Below, one piece after another: positions 49,441-62,300 of a DNA stretch of 64,000 nt; within the stretch, counting starts at the first letter, position 1, and each line of letters opens with the position of its first letter. The position numbers and the translations under genes are program-made. The notes below the pieces were generated by a model that did not search any database, was not told where the DNA came from, and saw nothing but the letters and a program-made list of their open reading frames with translations. Source of the DNA: Raillietiella orientalis (taxonomy: Eukaryota); NCBI GenBank assembly GCA_036172245.1, contig JAYWIR010000002.1, positions 6,076,001-6,140,000 on the forward strand. The letters are read 5' to 3'.

Positions 49441-51979
49441 AAAAAAAAGTGTCGCTGTATGAAGCGACGACGTGCCCGGGGAACCTCTGTCTGCAGAGAC
49501 GCATCTCTTCCTTCCTGAGGAAGGCTGGAAGGGGGGGAGGTGCAAACGAGTTTGGCGTGCGCACCTTCCGGAAGCACTGGGAACCTTCGAGGGGAACTCT
49601 GGGCAGCGGCATCGTGCCGGAGCGCGGAGACGGGCACCACGACCGCAGACCCGTCCCCGAAAAGAGGTGAAGCGGACGCGCAGGCGCAAAGGAGAAAAAG
49701 GCAAGGAGGGGGAGGGTGGGGGAACGAGGAGCTGCTACTGCAGAGAGAGGGGGGAAGGGAGGAGAAAAGAGCAAACAGCGGGAGAGAGGGAAGGAGACCA
49801 GAGATAGCGCTTATCGTCGCGGCGCTTTCTGCGCGAAAAGCCCCGAACGAAGAGCGGCGGCAGCCTCGGGTCCGCGCCTGCGCAGGAAGGCCCAGACGGT
49901 GCACACGACCGTCGTACGTGTTCGCTCCCCGTTCTACTTCATATCTTCTTCGTATCTATTTCTAACTTTATTATCTCCAATAGACGGCTCGCCTGTCGCG
50001 AGGAGCATCCGTCAAAATAAATAAAACGCGCGGGCTGACGTCCGCGTTCCTTGCCAACGCGCGCGCGGGAGCGAGGTATTTGGCCGTCCCTTTTCCCGCC
50101 GGGAAGGAGCGCTGCGAGGAATCGGGAAGGGCTGGATCGCAGCGGCTGCTTTAAAAATAGGCGAGATTGCGGACGGAGCTCCACGGCGCCTCCTCGCGGG
50201 GACGCGCGCGGACGGAGAGACCGCAGCCGGTTCCCCGAGGGAGACGGGAAGGAAAAAGGGGAGGGAAGCGCTGCCGGGAAGGAAAAAGTTCCTTCCTGGG
50301 GAGCCCTCCGAGCCCGAAGATCGAACGCTGCAATTTAATTTGCGCGCTCCGGGCGGGATGCAGGGGGAGGAACGGAGGTGTGCTGGGAGAGGGCAGGTGG
50401 GAGGCAGGCGGATCGGAGTCCCTTCCCGAAACAGGAATTCGCTATTTACCGCGAAATTCGCACCGAATCGACTCCCGGAAGCGTTTCGCCGCGTTCCGAA
50501 CCGGCTCCCGGACCGCTGGAAACCCGGGACGCGCGATCCCGGGATCCCTGAATAATTGAAGCGACACGGGAGAACGGCCGGTTGACTCTCTAAGGGACGC
50601 GCAGCCTTGCACGCGTACGGAAAGAACGGCAAGGGAGCCCCGCAACGGGAAGACGGCCTTCGCAAGGGCCGCAGGGCGGCTCTGGGATCGAAGAGAGTGA
50701 AGGGGGAGGAAGGTGGCGGCGGCGGCGCGATGGCGACTTTTCCTCGGTCAGGGGCAGAAGGCTGAGGACTTTTGCCGAGCGAGGCCGCGGGCACCCGGTC
50801 TGCGCCGCAGACGCACCGCGCTCACAGACGCCGCGATCCGATTGGCTGGCCTCCGGCACCGTGTCACAAGAGCCCTCCGCCTCTCTCTCCGCGTGCGCGT
50901 GCGTGTCTTCATCTCGCGATGCGACGAGCAGCTGAGGAAGCGAGTCGTGGGGTCCTCTCACATAGGTCGACGCAACCCCGGCTTCACTCAGCTCGACCGG
51001 ATAAGAAACTCTACTGCTCCCTCAGCGGGAGAGAGGAAACTCCATCTTGGAAGGGGCGATCTAAGTCTTCGCGGGCGATCGGGCTCCTCGGTGCAGCGAG
51101 GCGCCATCAGAGAAATCGCTCTCCCACAGTGGCGCGCAGCCCTTCGGCTGTCGGAAAGGAGCGTGCGGCCTTCCTGCCGGGAAGACAACCGTCGCGTAGG
51201 AACGCAGGTGCCGACGACCAACCAGCCTTCCTCCTCTTCTTCCTCCTTTTCTCCTCCTCCTTCCCTTTCATCCTAGCGAAGAGTCCTCTCTCGATCGAGA
51301 GGGCAACCCCATCACGCGCTACACCCCCTGGAACGCTGCAGCTCCCAGTCACCTCGAGGCCAATTTGCATGGTGTGGCGTTTGCGCGGCTGCAGCTCTGC
51401 GGGCACTGCCCGTCCACCAGGTAAACCGATCGGCCCCTCAGCTGCATCCTCGAAGAGGGGCGCCCCTCTTTAACGGTAAGGTTGCTCGCGGTGCCGCGCG
51501 GGCGAGAGAGAACGCGTCGCCCAGCGGCCTCCTCGGACAGAATGCCACGCCGCGTCCAAGGGAGAGCGATGGGCCTCGTGCATTCGAGTGGTCACTCGAT
51601 CGCTACTCTTTCCCGACCTCGGACGTCACCGCACGCAGGCACATCGCCCCAAGCCGCCGCACGCCTGGACACGGAATGTTGTGAGAAATCAACTTGAGCA
51701 GTCAACTTGTATCCAACTTCACCACACGAGGTGCACCCTGCCCTCCTCCCTACTCTCCGGTCTGGTCCGGATCCAAGCCGGCAACCCGGAAGAGAGACTT
51801 GCATTTTCGCGGCCTTGGCTTCGAGAGCTCCGCTTTCAGGAAGCGAGCGCAGCAGATCATCTCCCTCTCCAAATGCTCAGGCGTTGAGGAACTCCTCGAT
51901 GACGAGTGAGTAGATGGACAGCGCGCCACTCCTCGTTTCCGAGTCAATGGGACTCCTTCGGTGGAGCGACCCGCTTGGT

Positions 51980-54200
51980 TTTTCACTCGGTCACGCCGGG
52001 ATGTTTATCACGAAAAATAAACATATATGTGTCCTCGGTCCAGCGGTCCTACATCGTCCGAGAATGCTCGAAATCTGCCGAGTAACCGACACGCAGGCCG
52101 GCGAGGTTTGCCTTGGCAGCGGAGGGGGAGGGGACAAACAGAAATAAAAATAAAACAAAAAAAAAGATACAAGAAACTGGGAGGGTCAGGGAAGGGATTA
52201 CCGGATGCTGGAGAGCGTCCTCAGATGTATCATGAAAATATTTATGTACATATTTATTTATTATATAATTATATTAATTTTATTCCTGATTTTAACTATG
52301 TCATTCATAAGAAATCTTGGAGATAGAATGAGAATATTTTTTATTTATACTAAACCCCAAATGTTTCGTATAACAATTACTTATTATTAATATATAACAC
52401 ATTACTTTTTAATTAAGAATATAAAATTATAACTTGCCGGCATCCTTTCCAGGATGCCGGCAAGTTGCATCCGAGCATGCCCCGGGTGTTGTACCCAGGA
52501 AGTGCAGGGAGAAACACATGGCGTCCCTATCTCCCCTTCCTCCTCTCGCGTAGCTCCAGGCCGCCACAATCCCGCGTAGGCAGCAGCAAAGAGCTGCTGG
52601 GGATGCGGCAGGAGAAAGGGCATGGCTCACGAAGAGGCGCTTTATGACGTCCCTGGAATTGTCCGTCGGTGCACCAAGGGCCGTAGCGTAATGCAACCAC
52701 TTTTAAATAATTACTAATTCAATTTTTTTTATAATTAAAACAAAATACTACATATCTTGTCTTTAAAATTTATACATACTTCATTATTTTAACTAATATT
52801 AAATCACGTGTAAAAGTCATTACTAACAGCTTTAAGCATAATTAAATCCTAAATTTAATACATATATTTCTGTCATAGTAGTTTTAAATTAAAATAAGAA
52901 ATTTTCCCTTTTGATGTAAACAAAATATTCTATTAAACTATTTCTTATTTTTAAGGCAAATGAATTTTAAATTTACTTTATTAGGGGTCAGAGGGCAACA
53001 CAGTCTACAAGCAGGTGCGGGAGGGATTCCTGTTCCCCGCACCTGAAGCAGTTAGGGTCCACAGCCCCCCGGATCTAATGGGAGCGGCGGACGTTGCACA
53101 GGCGACCCCAGTGCAACAGCAGAAGTGCCGACTTCTGCCACTTCAGAGGAGGGCCACTCGAGGTCTTCCTGTGGGATTTCCAGCAGCTCATCCCAGCGCA
53201 ACAATCCTTTCGGTAGGGCACTTGGGGTCGCAGAGTCCGTGAGCTGGCCCGTGGTCGAACCACATAGTTCCTTCATCGTCTGACTCATTTCGCAACTGAC
53301 CTCCCATTTGTCCAGCTGGTTACTGACCAGGTGCTCCCTGAGGAAGGGAAGTGTCTCGGTTAGGAAAGTTCTTTGCGCCCACGCACACGTGGTGGGCTGC
53401 ACGATGCTGTCCTGCAGCGGTCGGTTGTTGAAGAAGGAGGGCAGTAGTCGCTGCCGCATCTCCGGGCTCGCTTCCTTTTCTTGGCCCACGTGCGGACGGT
53501 TTCCTGCAGCCAGGAACTACCGTTCGAGGGCCGACAGACGATCCAGATACTGGTCCTGGTCAGCTTGGCCACTCGTTGGAGCTCCAGTCCGCAGCTGGAC
53601 ACGTTGAGTCAGAGCCGCCGCGCCAGGAACGAAGACAGTCCCGCATAGCCGGTGGCTCTCTTGGCCAGGTATCGTGCGGGCTCGCACCAGTTCGTGCTCC
53701 AAAGCTTCGCCACTAGGGCGAGCGTCCTCCACGGGAGGTGTTGCTCCAGGCGCTCCAGCGTCAGGAGACCGGAGCCTCCGTCGCGACGCAGAGAGAAGTC
53801 TTTCAGGCGGACTCGGGGCCTCAGTGACCTGCTTGGTGTGTCCCCGAGGAACCCGTAGTCCCTTCCCTGTCCACGGACACTTCCGCGTTCCCGCTCTGTT
53901 GGAAACCACAGCATGTCTTTCTGTTTCCGCACTGAGAGGATTCTAGTGCAACTAGCGCAGGCTCCTGGTTTACGAGGTGGTTGCCTTCCCGAGCTGTTCC
54001 AGATGCTGGGCGATGGGATCTCTCTTTCGCACCTCCTGCTGGACTGCAATGTGCCGTGGAGGATATCTGGAGGAAACTCGCTTTGGCGCTCCGTCGACCG
54101 CAGGATCCCTGCTTCGGACCTGCTTCAGCGCTTCTTCACGAGAGGAGGCCTGAAGACGGGCGCCCAACCATCTGTTGCAGTCGCGCCATAGTGACAGCTC
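51980..54200 (-). mobile_element. L1/Tx1-like family 1 copy f (RT end, thumb, zinc finger, 3' module), split by two AT-rich inserts
   Basis: DYGFLG, LERLEQHLPWRTLALVAKL (thumb), EIPQEDLEW, LKWQKSALLLLHWG and CFRCGEQESLPHL. Hairpin at 52085-52102 and terminal motif at 51984-52008. Confidence 0.8.
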
Positions 54201-54229
54201 GCCTTGTGTCGGAGTCACGACCGCAGCGA

Positions 54230-54566
54230 AAGGAGGCGACCACTATGCCAGCGGCCTTCATGAGGACGGCAGCGGCAGGATGGTTCCATCAGCCACAAGA
54301 AGTCGTTAGGAAGGTCACCACCATCTAGAGCCACTTTTAGAAAGTAAGGAGAGTTCGACACCAAAGACCCCCATTCCCGCCCTCCCGTCTTCTTTTATTT
54401 ATTTATTGTCCTCTCTCTCCGTTCCCAGCTTTTTTTTGGAAGCCGAACGATGGTCATTCCAAATGAACTCTTCCATTTCTCTGGCATCTCTTCTATTGAG
54501 GGGATGCCACTCCCCTCAGACTTGTAGTTTGCTTTTAAATAAACGTCCGGGCCTCACCGGGTAAAA
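54230..54566 (+). mobile_element. Family 2 3' fragment (copy g)
   Basis: AAKGGDHYASGLHEDG matches AAKGGHQYGSRLDEDG at ~21620(-). Ends AATAAACGTCCGGGCCTCACCGGGTAAAA. Confidence 0.65.
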
Positions 54567-54585
54567 GCCTCTCCAAATGCCACAT

Positions 54586-55096
54586 CTCAAACCAACCCCA
54601 CCCTACCCTAACCTCAAATGACCTCACCAACCCAACCCATCCTACATAAGCTACTACCTAACCTAACCTACCTGAATCTACTTAACCTAAATTTACCTCA
54701 TCTAAAGGAACGTGTCTATGCAACCTCACCTACTCTAACCTAACCTAACCTGGAGTGTCTCACCTAACCTCACTTACTCTACCCGAACTGAACCGAACTG
54801 ACCTTACCCAAACATGTAGCTTAACCTATCCCTACACTAACCTGAACTAATCTAACCCACCTGCATCACCTACCCAATCCATATACCCCAATCTAAGGCA
54901 CTCACCTCATCTAACCAACCCACATAACCTTACCTCAACCAATCTATGGCACCTGACCTGACCCAACCTGAGTGACCTGACCTGACTATTGACCTCAACT
55001 AATCTACCTAACCTGAATCTCAACTAAACCTTAATCTCAACTAAACTACCTATTTAACCTAACTTGACCCAATAGACCCACCCTACCCCTACCTAG
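54586..55096 (+). repeat. Degenerate (CCTAA)n-like pentamer tract (arthropod telomere-type)
   Basis: About 500 bp, G-poor, 5-nt periodic: CCTAA, CCTCA, CCTGA, CCCAA and CCTAC variants, with intact CCTAACCTAACC runs at ~54657 and ~54739. Confidence 0.8.
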
Positions 55097-57499
55097 AGGC
55101 AGGCAGTAGACGTTCCGTGATATTTGTTGGTGAGCTTGCGGTTAAGAGCAGTTTGCTCCCATTGTTGGCGGCAGCAAGAGCAAAGTTCGGAAAAACTATC
55201 GGACGATGCATCCCTAAGAATCAGCAGGGCGCTCCCTCCAGACCCTTTTGTCCTTTCTCGCCAAGCTAGAAGGTACCAGCTCCCAGGGTGCTTCGGAGGA
55301 GACCGAACCGTGAGCGAGGAGCAGGTCCTGAAGGAAGAGTGGCTTTCGGAAGCGCTTCGAGAGCTCCGCAGCAGGAAGAGAGAAGAAGCTGCGGATCTTC
55401 TCCCGGTTCCTGGATCAGGAAGAGGAAGCTTTCACCTCCGGCGACCTCCCCACTCCTCATGAGGAAGCCGCAGATTCGAAGAACGCTGAGCCGTTCCTCG
55501 TGGAGCTGAGACCTAGGAGCATCTCGGATGCAGCCCCTGGCGATGTCGGGTGCTTCTCTTTCGTGCGACCTGCAGATGGGCAGATCCGACGCCGCGCCTT
55601 CGGACCTCTTCGGCATCCCCTCTCCCGTCAGCACCGCGAGATTTCGGTCCTCCGCACGCGCATGCGTGAGCGTGCGCCGAAGTAGTCTGATTCTGACGGC
55701 CGTGGCGGTCATGCCATGCCATGCCCGTCGGCATTGCAAGCGGCATGTGGAGCGTGCGCGCGTGCGAACGCTCCGGCAGAAGCACCGCGGTGTTTCTCTG
55801 CCGTGGAGCGCTCGTGTTCGTGGGGAGGGGATGTCCCGAAGGCAGTGAAGCGAAACGGAGTCCTGGGGAACACGCGGGGTCAAGGACCCTGATAGCACGT
55901 CGCTCGCAGAGCTTTCGCTTCCCTTTCCTCGGAACAGGAGACTGCTGAAAACCCTCCCCCACTCCTCTGGGGAGTTGGAATCGACTGAGCCTCGCCCACA
56001 GGATATTCGAGCCGAGTCAGCTCTTCTTCTCTGCGTCTGTTCCTCCAGGACCACGCCGGGATAGCCTCTGGTGCTACCCTCAGGCAAGCACGTGTGGACT
56101 CCTTCGTAAACTTCTCCTCCACTGGTTCGCGTCCAAAGGCTGCTTTCATGGAGGGGGCTCCATGAGAATTTCATGGACTTTCATGAAGGTCCCCTCCTCC
56201 GTGCCAGACCTCCAGCACCATACTGGGGTAACTGCTGGTGCCGCCGAGACCTGCGCTGGCAGCAGATTCCTCCGGGAGTGCTGCTCCCCAGCGTCGCCCC
56301 ACTCCCGATAGCGAGAACCTGCCATCCTCCTCCTCCTCCTACGAAGGCGTGAGGACGGCAGGTAGGAACGGGCATGTCGGGTTTGGGCGCCACCTATCCC
56401 AATGGCTGGTCGCCTCGGCAGGAGGCCCACTGGCGGCCACCGTTTTGCTCTCCATGGCAACCGGCACCTCTCACGGGGTCCAATGCGCGTCGCGTCAGAT
56501 GCGCTGCAGTCCAACGCGTGGTCCATCCGCTGTTCTTCTTGTTCAAGTGGGCCCGCTGGGAACTCTCACGGGTCCAGCAGCAGCCATGACGGGTTTAAGA
56601 CTGGGTCGAGGTCATTTTGGTCCCAGGGCCTCCCCATTACATGCGCTCCCACGGATCGAGAAGCACCCGCTATACCGAAGGAAACTTAGGAAGGCTGGAG
56701 GAACCATGGCAACCAGCCTCCATGTCTTCCTTCCCCGCACGCAGCTCTTCACGTCCCGTTCGCGCGTCAGGATTCTCCGCGGACCGGTACCACGGTTTCT
56801 CTTTGACTCGACTTGGACTGGTCTATTTAGCAGAATGCCCGGCTATTAAAAAGTCGGGATGCAGATTTCCCTAGCGCGAGGACGGGATCTCTCTTGACCG
56901 CCCTGCAAACGAAGGGGGCCTGGCCGCCGGAGAGCTGGCGCGCTCTGCTCTCAGGGGAAGCCTCCAAGCGGCCGTATTGTTGGCGCGCACCTTCGCGCTC
57001 CACTCGAGAGAGGGTGGTGGCAGGGCGTGCGGAGCTCACCAACCGTTCGAAAGGGACGCGTCGCCCGGGAAGGCAACGCGTCCCGAGGGGGAAACTCCCC
57101 CTCCCCTCCTCCTTTCCTTTCTTCCTCTACCTCATTAGAGGGAGAGTCCCGAGGCTCTCGTTCCAGGAAGTGAGCGTGGAAACAGTGTAGTGGCGCGGAG
57201 ACGTCGGTCTTGCTCCTACCGGCTTGTCCAATCACCTTTCTTCCCTGCTGGAAATGGCCAGCAGGTGTCTTCGCTGGAGGAGTGGCAGGGCGCGCGCACC
57301 CCACGCTGACTCCTATTAACGCATAGGGGCGGAATCTCGTCAGCGTCGCTTCAATTGGGGGCGCATAGGTCGTTTCGGGTCCAATACTCCAGAGAAGATG
57401 CAGGAAAGATGCGAAAGAATTGTTGCCGACTCCCAGCGAAGAGGCAGATACGCCACTCGAGAAGCTAATAGCAAAAAGGATCGTCCTCCTTCTCCCTCC

Positions 57500-58160
57500 T
57501 CCTCCCCTTACCTTCCCGCCACTTCGGCGAGAGTGACGCCTTGGAACTGCGGCAGCTTCTCAGTTTCGCGGGAAGAAATTCCAGTAGGTGGTGCGGAGCG
57601 GGAAAGCTCCTCGCTCGCCCCCGCCACCTCCACTTCTCCACTCCCACTTCTGTGGCTCGGATTGCGATTGGACGGGATGCGGGCCGTCCTTCGTTCCCTG
57701 AACTCTCGCGGTCCCGCTCGAAGGTCCCGGGACTGTGGCTCGCTGGACCGATACGACCGAATCGCCCCGAGAGTTGAAGGAACGCTATGTGAAGGCAAGG
57801 AGGGAGGGGAGGGTTGACAAGGCGACGAGCAGAGAGCGTGTCCGAGGAGAGGGCAGGCGCAAAAGTTCGCATCGGTCCGAGCACGTTTGGGATTGTCTAG
57901 AGGGGTCCCTCTGGCGGCGGACCCACTCTGCGCCTACTACCAGTGTGGGTCGAGTGAGATGAGCACGGGTGTCCGCTGGCAAGGCGGACCGGCTCCCTCT
58001 GCTGGCTCTGGTGCTCTTCACCGACGGAGGTCGGCCATCTTGGATACCATGCATCGCGGAAGACGCTCGGTTCGCACCCAGATGATACGGGGGCCTCTTT
58101 CCAGCCGACAGTCCTGCTCAACGTACGGAACCAACTTGTATTGCTTGTCCCTCTCTGTCC
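57500..58160 (+). mobile_element. Possible LINE ORF1 (gag-knuckle) remnant
   Basis: YYQCGSSE...CP knuckle-like motif ~57940 and a second Cys cluster ~58115-58150. FSTPTS segment is shared with ~48730. Confidence 0.35.
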
Positions 58161-58852
58161 TGCAGCTTCCTCACTTGGTCTCCACGTGCTCCGACGGTTT
58201 CCCGCTCACCAACCGGGAACAGGGATCTCCCTCCTCATGCCGTGAGTCACATGGCATGAGAAGGACTAAGGTAGAAGAGGAAGAAGGTAAGTAGAGTATT
58301 TGTGTATCCTCTAGCCAAAGGGCATCTTTCATCTCTCTCAGAAAGGCGGAGGAGGAGGAGGAGGAAAGGAGTGAGATGAGGTTGTAAACTTTTATACAGT
58401 GGACCAGAAGAAGAGGAAAGGGAAGAAGGAAGAGGGGAAAGAAGAAGAGGAGGAGAAAGAGAAGGGGAAAAGAAGAGGAAAGGAATCTACAAATTGATAA
58501 ACGAGACTCCAATAAAGTTCGAGGACCCACCGGGCGAATGAAAGGAGGAAGGGACTCTCTCCTTCCTTCGCCCCCATCGCCTGTGATCCCTTCCCAAGGA
58601 CTTCTTGACCGGAGAACCCCGCGGCTTGGGCTGGTCCTCTCGTCTTCGGGGTTCAACCCCTTCCTGTCAAATTTATGCAGCCCCAGCTTCCATGTAGCAG
58701 GAAAGCAATCGGCCTGGAAGAGGGCCCTTGTACTACATATTCGGGTCACTTTGTCGCAATCCTTACTAGAGAGAATGGTTTGCTAGGACCACGGCCACGT
58801 CCTCCCTCCCCTCCGGCGAGCACCATGATGCCGGTATGCGGGAGTTTTCATT

Positions 58853-59185
58853 CACCAGGTCACGTAGGACCGTTTATTGTGGAAAAACAAGTACGAATAA
58901 GAGTTCGCGCAGGAGAAAAGAGAGAGAAGGACATTCCTCCATGGTGGGATTGCAATCCCTCAACGTCGGTAAGAGTCCAGGAGGCGATTCTTGATCGCGA
59001 GCTGATACCTTGAGAGGTGCAAACTGGGAAAATAAGGGAAGAGAGGCAAACCAAAAATAAAAAACCAAATATTTGGGGAATGGACTCGAGAATATTGAGG
59101 AAGGGGGGAGGGAGACAAGAAAAAAGGACACCGAGACCTCCCTGGCGCTCTCTGCATCCTTTGCAGGATGCCGGCAAGTCCCTCC
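58853..59185 (-). mobile_element. Family 1-like 3' end (copy h)
   Basis: Minus strand CTTGCCGGCATCCTGCAAAGGATGCAGA, then a T-tract and terminal AATAAACGGTCCTACGTGACCTGGTGAA. Confidence 0.65.
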
Positions 59186-59399
59186 TCACGCCGAGCGAGA
59201 TGCAGTCATCTCATGGTCATCCTCGAAAAGAAGACCACCATCGGGATAGTGTCTCTGGTCGTCTGTCCTCTGCCATTGCGGATTCTGGCCTCCACGACTC
59301 CTCGTGGGCAGAACGGATCGACGCCGCAGGCGACATTCCAATGGCCGCGAGTGAAAAGGCACCAGGCGCAAGAGCTTTCTCAGGTTGCCTTTCGTCGTA

Positions 59400-62300
59400 T
59401 CCAGGGGAGCAGCTAGGCGTTACCAGGGACTCTGGAGGGCAGCGCAGCTCAAAAGGCAGGTGAGCGAAGGTTGCCTTTCCACTGCGCCGGGCCCAATCCG
59501 GAGCCGCGCTTCCTTCGGTCCAGTGCTGGAGAGCGGGTAGCTTGGAACAAAAACCCGCATCACACTCACAGCGCCGAGTGTCCTTCCACTTCAGGGGAGG
59601 CACGACGCTGTCCAAAAACACCGCAAGGATCCCCACGTGTCTTCTGAGGGAATTTCCGGAGAAGTCCTTCGGGCTGGACAAGGGTAGCGGAAAAGCGCTA
59701 GATGGTTGACGCGACCGTCCAGCATCCCAACTTTTTCTTTTTCCTACTCTTTCACAGGTAAGCTTCCATCTTGCGGGCTGGACACCGTCCTGGCCCTCCC
59801 GTAGGGAGAGTGCTTCGCGCACGCCTGCTTTTCGTGGGCCTAACCAGCATCTCCTCGGCGGGCAAACGAAGGGCATCAAAAGCGCCACAGTTGATCCGGT
59901 ATCCCAACTTTTTCCTTTTTCCTATTCCCAGAGCAACTGCGAGATCGTGTCGTTGGTTTTCGACCAAGCCTGGACCTCTTCCTGTTTCCAGGTACCGCAG
60001 CTCGCGGGGTGAGTAGGAGATCTAGACGTGCTCCTGCACCAAGGCAACCATCTGCCGAAGATGATGCCCGCATAGGAGCATGCGGCCGTACAAGGGAGAA
60101 TCCTGCCAATTCCTCGGAGCCGGCTGGTTAAGAGTCTTGCAGGAGCGCACCAGTGCATCCATCAATACGGGGTGACCCGCTAGGGCCGGTCTTCGGAACG
60201 ATAGATGGCACACCGTCCTCTGCAGCGTCAGGGCGCCAAGTCCGCCGTGATGGTGCGGAGCACATATAGTCTTTTAAGGGTTCTGAGGGCCTCCCTGCTC
60301 CCCGAAGGACTCTTCGCAGGAGGTCTCCGGTTCACTCTGTGACCTCAGTAGGGGCAGGGCAAACGAAAATAAGGGGGAGATGAACGAGGGTCACGAATGT
60401 GTTCCACGAGGTGCCCCGCTCCGACAAAAGATGTTCGCCATCCAGGGAAGGAGCCGAGAGCCGCCGATTCCACCTTCTGAAGACATCTGGGCCACGCCTT
60501 CTCATGACGGAGTCCCCGAAACAGTATGCCCAGGCACTTCAACTACCTACCCGTGGGGATCCCCTAAGTGGACCCAGTCCGGCTGTCCAACCAACGCCGC
60601 ACCAGCTTCAAACATGAGACGACTTCTCCCTGCTTACCTTCACGCCACGGCGGATCGGCTCGAAGAAGCCATCGAGAGCTGACTCCTGGGTTGGTATGGA
60701 TAACCGCAGAAGATAGTCAACACAGGCAGGCGCGGCTCGTGCCCGGCTGATGTGCCCGGGCACGAGCTTGGCAGGGTTTCCAGTCTCCCTGCATGCCCTA
60801 AGCACCAACCCGAAGTAGGTTCTGAAGAGCAGGGGTCTCGGTCTGTCATCCTGACACGTGACCCACCCGCCGTACTGCCACGTAAAACATGTACCGGCCG
60901 CCGAAGGAAATGCTGATCAAGACGTTGCGCCAGCAGGAAAGCAGATAGGCCAGGAAGACAGCCGGAAGAGCCATGCGTTTCTGGGGCTCCGGACGGTACC
61001 GCTGGTCGACGCAGCCCTCGCAAGTCGACTGCGACTGCAAGGGGAGTCCGACGTTTCTGCATCCAAATGGCCTGCCATTCCCTGGCCAGCTGGGACTCCA
61101 GGATTCCTGCGGCCCACCGGCGCACACCATTGTAGCTGGAGCCATGTGCTGGCCAGGTACAGATTCGCTCCTACGCTCCGTCGAAACTGATGAACGTTTC
61201 GGCCAAGGCCGCCGCAGGCGTTCGGTCCAGAGTTCCGCTGGAGACTTGGCGTCCACGTCCATAGCGGTAAAATCGGACGCCGGTTGCCAGCGTTGAGTAG
61301 GTCTCCTCCTTTCGGGAGAAGACGCACCCCGCTGACTGGAAGGGGGCTGCATCTTGCCTCTTTCTCGAATCATCGCGCACGGCGGTCGCTGCACCAGTGG
61401 GGGTCAGCTCTGCCGCGAAGCACCGATAAAATTCCTCCTCAGGCCGTCCTCCTCTTGTGCCTTTCTGCTCTTGAGTTTCCCGATGGCACGCGAGAGAGAA
61501 CCGTCAGCAAGGAGGCGGGCTGGTGAGTCAAGAGACGTCAACCCTCCTTTGAGCAGGAATTAGGAATCTTCACATTCCCTTGCGTAGCGCTTGCACCCTT
61601 CTGTAGCATTCCAGCAGTAGGTGAAAGGTGTGGGGGGAGTTTCGCTGTTCCGCAGTGGGAGCGTTCCTAGAAGACCCTCCCTACTGAGGCGTGGTAACTC
61701 CCCTTGTTTCAAGGAAGGTTCCGGTGCACCCGCGAGATGGCGATTAGCTCATGGCAGAGAGGAAGGACAGAGGCATCGATCGAGAAGTCCAGGAGCCCCA
61801 AATTTTCTCGAGAAACTGGGTCGATCGTTTTGGGTCAGAAGCAAGATCTCCGAGCACGGCTCCGTGCACCGTACTCGACGTTCTCCACTGAGCGATGTGC
61901 CTGATGGCCTCCGCGATCCATCGGGTTGCCTCCCACACTTCAGAAGAACCCAGATTTTCTTCCTCCTTCCACTAATGCGAGATCGCAGGCAGGCAGAAGA
62001 TGATGAGTGGTGGTTGGACCATGGGACAACTCACGGATGCTGCTACCCCAACTGTACTTTCGCAAGGACAACAGAGTCTTCTGTGGTACTCCAGGGTGAG
62101 GAGAAGGCAATCTGCTCGGCATTCCATCCGAAGACTTGGAGTGGCCCTCAAAGCTCAAGGACAGCAGCACCCTCCCCTTGAAGTGGCAGGGGATGGCACT
62201 TCTTCTGTTGCACTGGGATCTTCCCTGCAACACATCCGACACCAATGGACAGTCGGGAGTGTGAGACCGAACTGCTGTAGGTGCAGGGAATGGGAATTCC

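Noticed and set aside
58940..59330. APE endonuclease-like WWDCN and RID motifs on the plus strand
   Set aside because: The WWDCN stretch is the antisense of a minus-strand 3' end (copy h), so the match is coincidental.
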